DNA from: Octopus bimaculoides
Lineage: Eukaryota
Length of the DNA: 64,000 nt
Assembly (NCBI RefSeq): GCF_001194135.2
Contig: NC_068987.1
Coordinates: forward strand, 14,155,663-14,219,662
Reading direction: 5' to 3'
Part shown: piece after piece, positions 13,040 through 27,332 of the stretch
Position numbering within the stretch: the first letter of the stretch is position 1
Layout of the letters: each line of letters begins with the position of its first letter
Position numbers and translations under genes: made by a program
Notes under the pieces: model-generated
The model's input: the letters and a program-made list of their open reading frames with translations, nothing else
The model's database searches: none
What the model was told of the DNA's origin: nothing

Positions 13040-14261
13040 ATGTATAGTTATCATAACATCCACTTTTCAATGCTTGCATGAGTTAGAGTTTACTGAGACA
13101 GATTTTCTACTGCTGGATGTCCTTTCTGTTGCCAACCTTCACTTGTTTCCAAGCAAGGTAACATTTCTCATACATATCTCAATTAATGAATGATGAAAGA
13201 ATAGGAGTTATGTAATCGCTTTCATTAGCTCAGAATGGTTTGCAAATTCAAATCTCTATTAAACATCAGCTGATATAAATGTTGGCTGCTTGATTATTTT
13301 CCTGTCACATTTTACATTGTATAGAGAGAAGGTAAGACAGAGAGAAAGAGAGAAAAAAAAGAGAGATTGAGTATAAAAGATATATAGAGGGAGTTAACAA
13401 AAGAGGTGCAAGATGACTGCACACACTAGGTTTGGTGACAGGCAATGAGTAAATGAATGCAGAAGCTATACACACACACAAACACAGTGAAAAATAATTA
13501 TAAAGAGAGAAAGGACAGAGTGATTAATGACAATACTTATGGAAGGAGTTATACAAATGAGAAATTTATTTTAATTTTTATTTTAAGGTAATAAATCTTT
13601 TCTTTTGAAAATTAGTACTCATTTCATAATTTTGTACAGGTGACTAGACATGTGATAAATGTTGAAATTTTAACTATTATATGTATACCATATTTTCTGA
13701 TATCATCCACAGTGACAAAAGTATACTTCTAAAGATACCTGTCATATGACAGGTAACACTTATATTTTAACAAATTACAATAGCAAAATACACTAATTCC
13801 TTTACAATACTGTAAATGCATTCAGTAAGCTCATCCATCACCTCACCATCATTGATTCATACGCTCCATCAAGTATAATTATCAAAGAAAAGTTTGTAGA
13901 ATGTAGCTAATTTCAGCTGTTGGCTTACTGTAATTACTAACAAGACTAATTACAAGTTAAAATACTAGGTTAATCTTGGTCTCGTAGTTACAGGTCAAAC
14001 ATTACCAAAACCATTGTGTTGTACTTCCTTGGTAAGGTACAAACGTACATTTTTGCTTAGAAGGTTTAGCTGATAAATAAGGCCCCCCTCCCCCCACCGC
14101 CTCAAGAGTTGATGTAATTATCTGTAGCAAAGGAATCAAACTTACAAAGAAAATATCAATCCAACAATGCAAAATCCAGATTTGAAAAAGCTATTCCCTG
14201 CCAATGCAACCACAAAAATCATCATTTAACATCGACATTTCCATAAAATTAGTTGAGGTAA

Positions 14262-14616
14262 GAGAGTATTGTAGTTCGCTTGAAGCATTGTGTATTGTTT
14301 GTAAAGAATAAAGTTTAGAATGGTACAACAATGCACTATAGAACAAAAAATGGACTATATACCTGTTGTAATTTGGTTATCTATAGTCCGATGATATTTC
14401 GGAATTACAATTCCTTCTTCAGATCTTCTTAGCTGGAGTCTCTGCTATAATCGTTGGAATACAGTTTATAGCAGAGACTCCAGCTAAGAAGATCTGAAGA
14501 AGGAATTGTAATTCCGAAATATCATTGGACTATAGATAACCAAATTACAACAGGTATATAGTCCATTTTTTGTTCTATAGTGCATTGTTGTACCATTCTA
14601 AACTTTTTATTCTTTA
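14262..14616. mobile_element. Penelope-type insertion: about 150-bp near-perfect inverted repeat with a 13-bp direct repeat at its flanks
   Basis: Arms 14302-14450 and 14466-14616 differ by one substitution and a 2-nt indel; 15-nt spacer. TTAGTTGAGGTAA occurs at 14249-14261 and 14614-14626. Each arm carries a hammerhead-like motif. Confidence 0.8.
14491..14526 (+). ncRNA. Minimal type I hammerhead-like motif (mirror copy on the minus strand at 14390-14425)
   Basis: GAT-CTGAAGA-A-GGAAT-TGTA-ATTCC-GAAA-TATC-AT(T/C): canonical core, extra A, 5-bp stem II, palindromic stem III, predicted AUC site; stem I is only 3 bp. Confidence 0.55.
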
Positions 14617-15998
14617 GTTGAGGTAAATTTTTCTATGGCCAAGTGTCCTTCCTATTACCAACCCTGACTTATTTCTAACTGAGGTAATACTTCCCCTATA
14701 GCTAGACATGCTTTTCATGGAATACTGAAAAGGAACAACATAACTTGTATGATGGTGATGTTCATTTACAACCATCAGATGATGGTCAAGACAAGGATGT
14801 ACACAAACACATGTCTATATCCACTATATACAACAGAAGCAGTATTAGATTGGGTATGTGCTACTGACAAAGCCCAACAATTTTTATCTCCTCCTGGTAT
14901 ATGTTTGTGCTTTTAAACACTGTATACATAAGAGATATTATTCCCAGACGAATACTGCAATATATTTGCTTTTTCACAATGTATCTGCATTCACCCTTTA
15001 GCATTCAAATTACTGTCAAATGTAATGCTTATTAATTCACATTGTTTTGAGTTAATCATGCATTATCTCATAGCTTTGAGATTTCGATGTGGTTGTTTAT
15101 TTGTAAGGTAGGCTGTAGGAGGCCAAATCTGGCCAGTTTTAACATAAAACAGACAGAATATTTGAGGTGGATATGGCTGGTTTAAATGCTAAAGGGTCAA
15201 GTATGATATACAAATGGCTATACACACACACATTTGTTTTCCTATGTGTTTGTTCTGTTGTCTGTAAACAAAGTCCGTTTTGTTTTTATGTCCCCGTTCA
15301 TTTTTCTAACGTCCTGTACCTGGATATGCATCTATATATACATGTAGATGTAGGTATGTACATATATGTATGTATACATGCATATGCTTATATATCNNNN
15401 NNNNNNNNNNNNNNNNNNNNNNNNNNNNNNNNNNNNNNNNNNNNNNNNNNNNNNNNNNNNNNNNNNNNNNNNNNNNNNNNNNNNNNNNNNNNNNNNNNNN
15501 NNNNNNNNNNNNNNNNNNNNNNNNNNNNNNNNNNNNNNNNNNNNNNNNNNNNNNNNNNNNNNNNNNNNNNNNNNNNNNNNNNNNNNNNNNNNNNNNNNNN
15601 NNNNNNNNNNNNNNNNNNNNNNNNNNNNNNNNNNNNNNNNNNNNNNNNNNNNNNNNNNNNNNNNNNNNNNNNNNNNNNNNNNNNNNNNNNNNNNNNNNNN
15701 NNNNNNNNNNNNNNNNNNNNNNNNNNNNNNNNNNNNNNNNNNNNNNNNNNNNNNNNNNNNNNNNNNNNNNNNNNNNNNNNNNNNNNNNNNNNNNNNNNNN
15801 NNNNNNNNNNNNNNNNNNNNNNNNNNNNNNNNNNNNNNNNNNNNNNNNNNNNNNNNNNNNNNNNNNNNNNNNNNNNNNNNNNNNNNNNNNNNNNNNNNNN
15901 NNNNNNNNNNNNNNNNNNNNNNNNNNNNNNNNNNNNNNNNNNNNNNNNNNNNNNNNNNNNNNNNNNNNNNNNNNNNNNNNNNNNNNNNNNNNNNNNNN

Positions 15999-16038
<40 letters not shown>

Positions 16039-16119
16039 TGTGAATGTATACATATGCAAAATATGAGATGTAAAATTAGTTTGAAATTAATTAGAAATTT
16101 TTAAATATAAAAAACCTAC

Positions 16120-16213
16120 CATTTTCTACATCTGCCTTTTTACTGGCGTTGGTTCCTTGGATGTTTGTTTCACTATTTGTATTTGATCTTGTGTCAACTG
16201 CTTCTGGTGATTC
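16120..16213 (-). CDS. TMEM263: TMEM263 internal coding exon (ESPEAVDTRSNTNSETNIQGTNASKKADVEN)
   Basis: Acceptor TTTCCACAG at 16214 onward, donor GTAGGT at 16114-16119; 94 nt, open frame, phase 0 to 1, joins the terminal exon in frame. Confidence 0.75.
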
Positions 16214-16579
16214 CTGTGGAAAGAACACATTGTATAAAGAATTTAATTAGTTAATTGTTTAAATGACACCGGTAGCAAGACAAATAACCAACTAAATTGC
16301 TTTAGGTGATGGTATTTTTATGTACATTTTGTTACCTTTTAAATAACTGGGGGAGAGGGGGAATTTAATGCTGGTAAAACATGTATCTAGTGTATTTTTA
16401 TAACCTGGTGGAACCTATTGTTTATTCAGGGTCTTTTTTTATTTATTTACCTTGTTGAATCAACATCAGGACCTGGAAATGTTAAGTCTTATTGGAGTCA
16501 TTCACCCAGCCATTTCAGTCAGTGCCTTATTAAACTTCTATGCACTTGGTAACTTAGAGAGACAGAGAAGGAAAGCTAA

Positions 16580-16617
<38 letters not shown>

Positions 16618-19600
16618 TGTGCGTGCGTGCGTGCGTGTGTGTGTGCAGATGCAAGAAAATATGCAAAATACCAAAGCAACTTAACCCTTTAGCATTCAGG
16701 TCACTCTGTCAAATGCTTTTTTATTCAAGTTGTTTTGAATTAATCGAGCATTATCTCATAGCTTCGAGATTTTGATGGTGTGGTTGTTTATTTCTAGAAT
16801 GACATTTTAGGGTAGGTATGAGAGGCTGATCTGACTAGTTTGAATACAAAATACGTAGATATTTGGGTCAGATATTGTTAATTTAATTGCTAGAGGGTTA
16901 AGTGTCATCATTATCATTTAGCATTCACTTTCCATGCTGGCCTGGGTTGGACAGTTTGACATAGAGCTGGCCAGCTGGGAGCTGTCCAGACTCCAATTGT
17001 CCTTTGTGGCATAGTTTCTATGGCTAGATGCCCTTCCTAACACCAACTACTTAACAGAGTGTGCTGGGTGCCTTTTAAGTTTCACCGGCACGGGTGCGTT
17101 TATGCAGCACAGTGGTGAAAATACTTATTTGTCAAAATGTTAAACTACTTTATTTGATGGCATATGTGATATACTCTTTTTTTCCCCAAAAAAAGTCCCA
17201 AAAATATCATCCCAGGTCCTATACACAAATTTGGGCCTCCTATAGCTTTAATGCACTAAGAACATTATTTCCTGAATATGCACTTCTGAAATTAGTGATA
17301 GTGGGGGCAAATTTTTATGCTATCCAAAAATGTGGGATGTAATTTTGCAAGTCACAGTTGATCGAATCTATAGGTTGCTGCTGAGAGTATGTGGTGAAGT
17401 GATTAGAGTATTGGGCACACAACTGTTAGGTCATGAAATCAAAGGGAACCAGCCATAGGAAAATTCATCTCAACAAATTCCATCTGACCAAGGCAAGCAT
17501 GGAAAAGTAGACATCAAAATGATAAATTGTGTCCTTTGTTTTCTTCCATAAAATGGCAGGATGTGATTTCAGCGAATTTGACTGGACAAGTCGTCTGTTT
17601 GGACAGCATAACAACTATTTTTGGACAAGTTACAATAGCAGCGACATAGGGACACTATGATATACAAGTATCTATTTTGTAATAAATACTAAGCTAAAAT
17701 CTCTTCAGCACAGCCTCCCATGCTGGACAGGTCAAAGGATAAAAGCCAGACTAATACAGACCACCTCTTCCCAAAGTAAAAACGGGTTTGTTTAGGGCCA
17801 ACACTCATACCTAGAGAAGAGACCTTAGAGAAAATAGCCTTCCCCCAAGCAAATATATGATGTGGTGTAGCAAAATGCAAATGGAAAAATAGCTACAAGC
17901 AGGATATTGAGGCAGAGCTGAAAAAGCAGGGATCAAAGTGAAGAGAAGTAGAAAAGAAAGCTGAGAGTTGAGAACAGTGAAGTAAAGACATTGATGACCT
18001 ATGCTCCATGGGAAGTGAAAGGTTTATGCAAAAGTAATGAAAAATCTCTCAACAAGTATAGAAGCATTTCATGATTAAAGTTCAAAATCTGACTAGATTT
18101 ATATCACTATTCAATTCTGTAAGATTTCACTCTTCTTTGCTTGTGTTTCTATAACAATATGTTAAATAAGTTTCAGGAACTAACTTTCTTGCAAGGAAAA
18201 GCTACATCATCAGACATACATTACTTTTACTTGTTTCAGCCATATTAAGAATAAGTGACAATACAAGAGGATGATGAAACAGTTTCATATTTGTCACATT
18301 TGAAAATCTCAAAACAGACTCAATTTGGGTGTCATTTATCTAAGGTAGAATTTTGTAAAACAAATATAATTCTGACAGTGTGTGTGACAGAACAATTGGT
18401 TTTAGATTATGTAATTTTTTATACCATTTCATGGAAGAAAAACATTAAAAGAAATTACAGCTGACATGTTAATAAAACTAAAATAAATGAGTATATTCTG
18501 TCATTCACCAACCAACCAACAAAAACCATCAATAGACTGAAATTCTACATACATACCATCTGAATTATTCATTCATTTCAGTGGATAAAGAAGCCAGACA
18601 GTTGTTTTTCCATAATAATCAGGTGAGATTTCAGTTTATTTAGACAGGTGGGTTAGGATTATATTTTATATTCTAACAAGTATAGTTTCAGATTTTTATA
18701 AGTAACAAGTTCCATAGCTCTCAAATGTTTATAAAAGAGCAACTGATAACTTCTCTATCATGTAGTCTGTCTAACATATGTTCGTTTCTCAATTTATACC
18801 TTTGAGAAAAATTGAAGTCAGTGCTGTAAGTTAAAAACATTACTTTCATGAACTACAGCAATGTTGTGTTAATAAAGAAACTGGTCTTCAGCTGCATTAA
18901 TCTCCTTTTTACTCATGGAACGTACAAATTAATCAACCACAGTTGATGGCAGTCATCAGATTTTAATTGTTACTGTAACCCTAAACTTATTGAACAATTT
19001 AAAAAATTACAAAACTCAATATCTGAAGCAATACAAAATTATAAATCTGTACATTTTTTTCAAACTCAACACTATGAAAGTGAATTCTATAATTTTTTGT
19101 TTATTATTGACAATAACATATTTTAACTTCAGTTGTTTCCTGAACATTGCATTCAATAATTTCTTTTTAGTAACCGTGGTTTGGTTTTTTTTTTTTTTTC
19201 AGTATCTACCAATGTGCTCCATAACATCTAGTAGAAAAATATATCCAAAACTTCCATTTGGATCTACATCATAAAACTCTATTGCATCAGTATCATTAGT
19301 GTGCAGTGAGACACCAGGTGCATCAACATTTCCTAATGAGAGAGCTTCTATGTGTCACATACTGTGAGAGAAAAAGCAGTTAAATCTTCCTTAAATCCCA
19401 TTCTGGAGCTAAACAACATTTCCAGAAATAGAAAAAAAAAAAAAAAAAAAAAAAAAANNNNNNNNNNNNNNNNNNNNNNNNNNNNNNNNNNNNNNNNNNN
19501 NNNNNNNNNNNNNNNNNNNNNNNNNNNNNNNNNNNNNNNNNNNNNNNNNNNNNNNNNNNNNNNNNNNNNNNNNNNNNNNNNNNNNNNNNNNNNNNNNNNN

Positions 19601-19810
19601 NNNNNNNNNNNNNNNNNNNNNNNNNNNNNNNNNNNNNNNNNNNNNNNNNNNNNNNNNNNNNNNNNNNNNNNNNNNNNNNNNNNNNNNNNNNNNNNNNNNN
19701 NNNNNNNNNNNNNNNNNNNNNNNNNNNNNNNNNNNNNNNNNNNNNNNNNNNNNNNNNNNNNNNNNNNNNNNNNNNNNNNNNNNNNNNNNNNNNNNNNNNN
19801 NNNNNNNNNN

Positions 19811-19852
<42 letters not shown>

Positions 19853-20175
19853 GAATAAGTCAGAGTCAACATATATATATATATAAATATATTGTGAGGG
19901 TGCATGGGAGTGGTCAGGGTGTTGCACTTCAGTTCCTGGACTAAGTGGTACTTTGTGTTCTGGAGCAAAACACTATCTCATGATGCTCTACGAGTACATA
20001 AACACGTGATGTGTGGTACACTGTATACCTGTTCAGGCAATGTCAATTTGATGGAGGGAATGAGCTAATGAACAACACAAACATTTGATCGCTATAAACA
20101 AAACATTTGTGCACGTTTTCAGCAAAAAACGGAACACTCATACATGGTTTTTGTCAGGAGATCCCACCATATATA

Positions 20176-20344
20176 GTTGAAATTTACAGAAAAACAAAAG
20201 ACGAAGACAGGTGTATAAGCAACAAACAGGTGTATTAGTTTAACACTTGGAAAGGTGAGAAAATCTTTTACGTTTCGAGCCTATGCTCATCAACAGAAAG
20301 AGAATAAAAAATCTTTTGGAGCTAGCAGTCAATCATGGCGGCTC
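20176..20344 (-). mobile_element. Short Penelope-type element with a hammerhead fold
   Basis: Related to 54408-54556; flanked by a 26-nt imperfect direct repeat (20150-20175 and 20362-20387); lies next to (TA)n. Confidence 0.65.
20264..20301 (-). ncRNA. Type I minimal hammerhead-like motif with a CUGUUGA variant core
   Basis: Minus strand reads TCTTT-CTGTTGA-T-GAGC-ATAG-GCTC-GAAACGTA-AAAGA: 5-bp stem I, 4-bp stem II, palindromic ACGU stem III, predicted GUA site. Confidence 0.6.
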
Positions 20345-20375
20345 ATCATATATACATTGTCTTTGTCAGGAGATT

Positions 20376-20417
<42 letters not shown>

Positions 20418-20427
20418 NNNNNNNNNN

Positions 20428-20474
<47 letters not shown>

Positions 20475-21499
20475 CACACACATGTAACACACCCATCTGC
20501 TGGTTATTTTCAATTATTAAACATCAGCACAGTGGAGAATGTGTGAACGTTGGAAAGGAAAAGTAAATATGCTTTAGTTGATGCATAATGATAGTGTGCA
20601 TGAATAATAAATAAGTCTAAATGGAATGAGCTACAATGTGTAGGAGAGAAGATTGTCTGTGCTGGTATGCGTGATGCATATGAACGGTAGCAGTTTGTGA
20701 AGAAAGGTCAAGTGATTCAAGTGGAAGAAACATGCAGATGTTGATATGGGAAGAAATGGTGAAGGCTTATCTTCAGATATATTGAACCTCACTCATAGTA
20801 AATGACAAGGAACAGCAATAGGTGGTGAGATACTGTACTAGAAAAATTTCATGCAAGCATGAAAAACAAATGTAAGATGCTGATCCTGATGCTAGATACT
20901 AGAGCAGTGCTTCCTGAAATTTCCACTTTGGCAACAAACATTTTGTAAAAATAAAATTTTTACTGACATTAAGCTTTGTCAGTGAACCAGATATATATCT
21001 TATTTGTTTCAGTTACTGGAGTGTGGCCATGCTGGAGCTCTGCTCTGAAGGGATTTAGTAAATTGCCCCCAATACTTATTTTCTAAATTTTTTTAAAAGT
21101 CTGGTCCCGCAATAAGTTGTGGGGATGCAAACAAACTAACACCAATTGTCATGGGTGGGTGGCAAACATTTACATACACATTGACATAAATGTATTTAAT
21201 ATAGCAACCTGCAAATGAAACATTTTCATTTGTATCAAACTATCCTTGAAACCTTCCAAATTATAACTAATGCAAATGCATTATCTTGAAGATAGTTTAT
21301 TTGGCTGTGACATTGGGTTTTGTACAGGGAGGCATGGTATCACTCTAGATCAATATGGACCAAAATACCTGTTTCTGTAATTTCTAGAAGCAGGTACCAA
21401 CAAGCCATATAACAACTCTTCACAATATGAATGGAGGAGTTAATAAGATAGGTTAAAAAGAAGCTAACTGGTTCTTTTTCAACTGAATTAACAGAGTTC

Positions 21500-21805
21500 T
21501 GGCTTAGTAGCTGGTGCTTGTATGTAATATTTATGGAAGTAGTACTGAAGAAGACTAATGGATCTGTCAGCTTCTGGAGAATTACACTACAGGGGGATCA
21601 ACATGTAATGTAATTCATTTATGGAGGAGGAAATTTTAATAGTAGCTTTGTTCAAATATACTGTTGGAAGAATAGATGCGGAAAATCACAATGCTGAAAG
21701 TATTCACTATTGTCTTCATCATCAAGCATTAACAGTGGGACAAATACTTCAAGATTTCAAATTAGTCATAAAAGATGCTGTAAAAACTGGTCAACTTTAC
21801 TGAGT
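21500..21805 (+). pseudogene. Decayed hAT (Buster/Charlie-type) transposase fragment
   Basis: VGRIDAENHNAESIHYCLHHQAL...FKLVIKDAVK resembles the hAT CxxH motif region (SIHCxxHRQALA...VLxDAVKIVN); stops and frameshifts present. Confidence 0.7.
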
Positions 21806-22766
21806 GATGGTGAAAGTGGTAGATGTTACTGAAGAGTGACATGAAGGGAAGTAATTGTTGAAAGGAGTTATAAAGGGGGCGATGGTGGAGAGATTGACTA
21901 TAGATACATCAAGTCAAATAAAATACCCCCCTCAAACTACAGGAAGTATGTAAGTAATCAAAACAGATGTAAATAAAAAAATTAAGATTGTGACTAGAAG
22001 CAGGCTTGTACAATTCATTATTAAATTTTTCAGTATATTAGTTACAGAGAACTTTTAAAATCATAAATGTAAAATAAAGAAAATAAAAGTAACAAGTTAT
22101 TTTACTGCTTATTTGCCATGTGGCTATAATAATTTGCTATCAAATATTTTTTACATTGTAAAAATTTCTCTTTATCTAAGGAGTTCTATATATTCAAAAA
22201 ATTTGGAAAACCATAGTCTATAATATCAAGAAATGAAAAGTGAATATAACTGTGCATGTGTGTAAGACAAGGTATAAATAATGGTCATTACATATTTGTC
22301 TTACAGCTATTTCCAGTTGTCATTATAGGTACGCTACTGATAGATTTACTTGATTTGTTGATCAGTTGAGAAAAACTGAATGACCTAAAATATTAATGCT
22401 ACTTTTGTCTGAGCCATTTCTGGTCATAACAAAACAGAACACTGAAGTAGTGTTTTGCTTTGTTATAACCAGTAAACACATGCACACACACACACACACA
22501 GATATATATAACTGTTATAGTTCGGGATAGTCGTCTTTTGCCAGTTAAACACACGCACTATTTATTTGATCGTTACTTCAATTCTATTAGTACTTTTAAA
22601 AGTTTATTTGTTTATTTCTGTCACCTCCTCACTAACACTGTTCCGCGTGTCTCCTCTTGCCATGCCAATTCCATTTTCTCCTACAACAAAGATAACCATC
22701 CCCATGTGTAACAATATCTGTTTCAAAACACATTTTCACTTCAAGAATTTCGCAAAATAAATACAT

Positions 22767-22798
<32 letters not shown>

Positions 22799-24334
22799 GC
22801 ATGTATACATACACACACACACACACACACATACATACATACATACATACATACATGTTCTTAAATGGCTAATATCACTCTCCCACAAAATTATTTCAGT
22901 ACACAATCTCGGACCAAATCACTTACAAAGCCAATACAACTATATATAGTTTTGTATATACATATAACCATGTATGCATATATATATGTATATATATATA
23001 TATATATATATTGCAAATATGATTGTACTTAATCATTTTTCCTTTACAGATTTATTTATTAGATCTTTGTTTTGTTGGGAACAAACATCTTAGGCCCATC
23101 AGTAAATCTAGACCTTTCAAAAGAGAAGGCAGAAAAATTCTAGAAACTTTGATAAACCTAGACACTTTATTGTTTCAAACTAAACACAAAGGGCAAATAA
23201 AGAAAGAATAATCTTTAAAGCATTCAGACTCAAATAGGATCAAATTAATATAATGTACACATACAATAAATTTACCAACAGTATTGTTATGAATAGATGT
23301 GTACACACACACACGGGTTATTTCCATTTATTTCTAGGTGTGTGTACTGCTGATATTCCCAGTGGTGTTACTACACTTGGCAAGAATATGAGACCCTATA
23401 GACTTCTGTTTCACATTACATACAATTAATTTTTCTTCCTCCTCTTGATTGCTATATTCAAATATTTTGCGTAATTTTAAAGAGAGGAATCTAATGGGGA
23501 CAAAATCCTCTAAGAACACATACTAAACGTGACGACCCTATTTCAGAAATACTTTTGAGAACGATGTTGTTCCTCGGTATTAATTTCTAGGTCAATGAAA
23601 GAAAATCAAAACTTAACTTGGAAAGTATTTATATCATTTTAGTTTAACAAGTTTCTGTATGTTCACGTATAGAATGAGACGACTGGTTTTTAACTGCTTA
23701 GACATTGGTGATTTGTCACAGTTGAGTAGAGATTCAGCCTGTTTTGGCAGCAATGAATTTTGGTGCTGGAAGCAAATGCATACACACACATACAAGCAAA
23801 TGCAGAAGTGTACAGATACGACAGTGGGGAGGAGACAGATTACAATTTATTTGAACAGGGCTGACAAACTCTTTCCTACTCCTCATACACATACAGGGGT
23901 GAGTGTGGAGAGAAATATTAAAATGTCTGATGTCAAATGAATCAGCATTGAATCGGCAATGCCAAAACAGCTGTGCCAAACATCTCATACTCATTTCACA
24001 TAATAATATATATATCAAAAGGCAATCTTTCGATATGACTCGTGAAGTTGTCAATGAAGTGTCATCCGGATCAGCTGTTTTGTTTGTTAATTTCTGTAAA
24101 AAATTTTTATTTACTTTTCTTCTAAAGTGAAAGAGAGAAGAAAGTGAAAGATGTATGAATGTGTATATGAAATGGACATATGTGTGAGAGGGAGAGAGAG
24201 TGCCACTTGCACATGCATGAGAACACACACGTTCACTCACTCACTCTCTGTCACACACATATAAAAAAGATGTATACATATGCATTGATGTATGTACGTA
24301 TACATAATACACCCATTCACTCACCCTCTTTCTT

Positions 24335-24365
<31 letters not shown>

Positions 24366-24698
24366 GACACACACACACACGTTCATTTCAGATACATGTA
24401 CATGCATTTTTCACTTTCCCCGCTCTTTTACTTTAAAACAAAAGTAAATAAATGATAATTTTTTACGGAAATTAATGAACCCAGATGACAGCTCTGCCAG
24501 TCAAAACGAAAGATAGCCCTATCAGAATCTGTAGAATAAGAGACTTATTTAAGAATTTATACATTTAAAGAGTGGGGACACAGTGAGAAGGAAATGAAAA
24601 AATTAGTTGACAATAGCATATCGCTCTTAAGATTATACCAACAATAGCCTTAGAAACTAGGGTATATATTACTCAATACTTATGATATTACTCTATCC

Positions 24699-24946
24699 CA
24701 GTAGTTCCCAAAGTGGGTGGTATTGCCCCCCCCCCCTAGGTGGCAGTGGAAAGTTCCAAGGGGACACTGAAAAAAAGTGGGGAAATAATGTAAAATCAAC
24801 AAAATAATGGGCTCATGAGGTAAAGTTTTATTTGTGAAATACAGTTGCTTTGAATTTGCTTCAGAAAGGTTAGTTGGGGTGGGGTGACCAGAATGTGGCC
24901 TGGATGTCAAGGGGGTGGCAGCCCAAAAATGTTTGGGACACCACAG
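24699..24946. mobile_element. hAT-Charlie-type MITE
   Basis: CAGTAGTTCCCAAA ... TTTGGGACACCACAG ends; perfect 8-bp TSD CTCTATCC at 24691-24698 and 24947-24954. Confidence 0.8.
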
Positions 24947-26424
24947 CTCTATCCCCACTATCTGGCCTTATAAAAAAATGAAAAAAAAAAGAACTAGAAT
25001 TGCAACAAATAAAATTAAAAAAGAAATATAAAATGTTATGGTTCGGACAATTTTTATATCTAAAAATATAACTTTCAACAAGTCGAACAAAGAATAGTGT
25101 TGATATATGTACTGTAAATTTTAATAACCCCAAATTGAAAGCAGTCACATTATATAATGTTATTTTAGGTCATATTTTATTTTATTTTATTTGAAATTTG
25201 ATACAGAAAGTTCTAACAGAATTTAATTTAAAATAGAAATGTATACATTGTATTTGATCATGAAGTTATAGATCTGATAATTCTGTGATGTACACTGGGA
25301 GGGTCATTTCACAACTAAAACACACATCCTTGTTACACTTCACTTCTTTTTATTATTATTATTATTGGTCAAGTAGTAAGCTAATTAATCATTTGATCAA
25401 TCAATCAGTTGGTTTGTCAGACAAACTGACAAATCAAATGATTGATCAGACAATTGATTAGTTAATTTTAATAATAGTAGTTCCAGATTTTGGCATAAGG
25501 GACCAGGCTAAGTAGATTACATCAACCCTAACACTAGATTGGTACCTATTTTATAGACTCCAAAAGGATAAAAGGCAAAATTAACATTGATGAGGTTAAT
25601 AATAATTCTTTGATTATAGGCACAAGGCGTGAAATTTTGGTGGTAGTGGTGGAGGGAGGGGTAGTGGGTAGTCAATTACATCAACCCCAGTACCTACTGG
25701 TACTTATTTTATCAACTGTGAAAGGATGAAAGGCAAAGTCAACCTCAGTGGAATAAGTAGGACTAATAATGATACTTATAATGGTTTCAAATTTTGGCAC
25801 AAGGCCAGCAAATTCAGAGCAAGGGGTAAGTGAATTACATTGATTCCAGTGCTCAACTGATACTTATTTTATCGTTCCCAAAAAGTTGAAAAGCAAAGTC
25901 AACCTCGCCAGAATTTGAACTCAGAACATACAGATAAATAAAATGCCACTAAGCATTTTGCCTGGCATGCATGTTTTATTGGCAAAATGACTGAGGTATT
26001 AAAACATCTATTTCAATGCAATTTCATATCAGAAGTCTTGGCAAGCAAATACAAAAATGAAATGCTATATTTCTCTTTAACTTTTTAGCATTTAAACAGG
26101 CCATATTCAACCTAAGTATGTTACTTGTTTTATGTTCTAACTAACCAGATCCAGCCTATCACACCTACCTTTCAATGCCATTCTAAAAATATACTATCAC
26201 ATCATCAAAATTTCAAAGCTATGAAATAATGCATGATTAATTAAAAACAATGTGAATGAAAAAGCATTATACTTGGCAGTGTCATCTGATTGCTAGAGTT
26301 AAACAAATAGCATTCAAAATATAATATTTTTGCCATTGTGGTAGAGGTTGACATGGGTTTAGGATACAACCTTATGTTTTGGCTTTGTATTTTAATCTTG
26401 CCATAAGACGAGCATTATCAAGTG

Positions 26425-26503
26425 TCTTCTATTATAGCCTCAGGCCGACCAAAGCCTTGTGAGTGGATTTGGTAGATAGAAACTGAAAGACGCCTGTTGT
26501 GTA

Positions 26504-26562
<59 letters not shown>

Positions 26563-26752
26563 GTGTGTATATGTTTGTGTTTGTCCCCCCAACATTGTGT
26601 TTACGTCCCCGTAACTTAGCAGTTCGGCAAAAAGAGACCGATAGAATAAGTACTAGGCTTACAAAGAATAAATCCTAGGGTCGATTTGCTCAACTAAAGG
26701 CGGTGCTCCAGCATGGCCGCAGTCAAATGACTGAAACAAGTAAACGAGTAAT
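26425..26752 (+). mobile_element. Second tRNA-derived SINE family (OR-like) with an internal (TA)n/(TG)n tract
   Basis: TAGCCTCAGGCCGACCAAAGCCTTGTGAGTGGATTTGGTAG core and CAGCATGGCCGCAGTCAAATGACTGAAAC tail; relatives at about 6960, 46690 (-), 51555, 53870 (-) and 58850. Boundaries approximate. Confidence 0.75.
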
Positions 26753-27332
26753 GTTAGCTAATAAGCCATAATTATTTTGCTTCAAATCTTATTCAGTTAA
26801 CCTTCCATCCTTTTCTTTTTAATCTACAGGGATCTGAATGGAGATATAGCTGCTTTACATGAGAGTAAGGAACAGAATTGAAGTGAAACCTGAAATTAAG
26901 TTAATGTTTTACAACAGAATTAATAGTTTGTTTAATATGAAACTTCATCACCAAATCATTAAACATAATTCAGGAGACATGGTGGAGCAACGAACTTTTT
27001 ATACAAGGTCAGATGGAAAGAAATGTGATGTGTTTATCCTATGTACCCACCTGCCCTATTATTGACAAAAATCAATATTTGTAATTAAGATGTCAGGAAT
27101 GAAAAAAAAAAACTCGACATAAAATTATCTGCATCTTGATTGTTAAAGGTGGAAAATAATGTGGAGGATCAGTCTTTGTTTTGATAAATCTAGTTTGCTC
27201 AATACAAAAAGGTTAACATTAAATTAACATGAGAAGATTAAAGAGAAACTAAATATTAAATCATCATATGCATGGTAAACAGTGAGATTCAAATTAATGA
27301 CTTGCATATTTATTCATATGTTCCAGCAGATT

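Noticed and set aside
18869-18916. Possible alternative TMEM263 first exon (MSKKEINAAEDQFLY on the minus strand)
   Set aside because: No splice donor before the in-frame stop.
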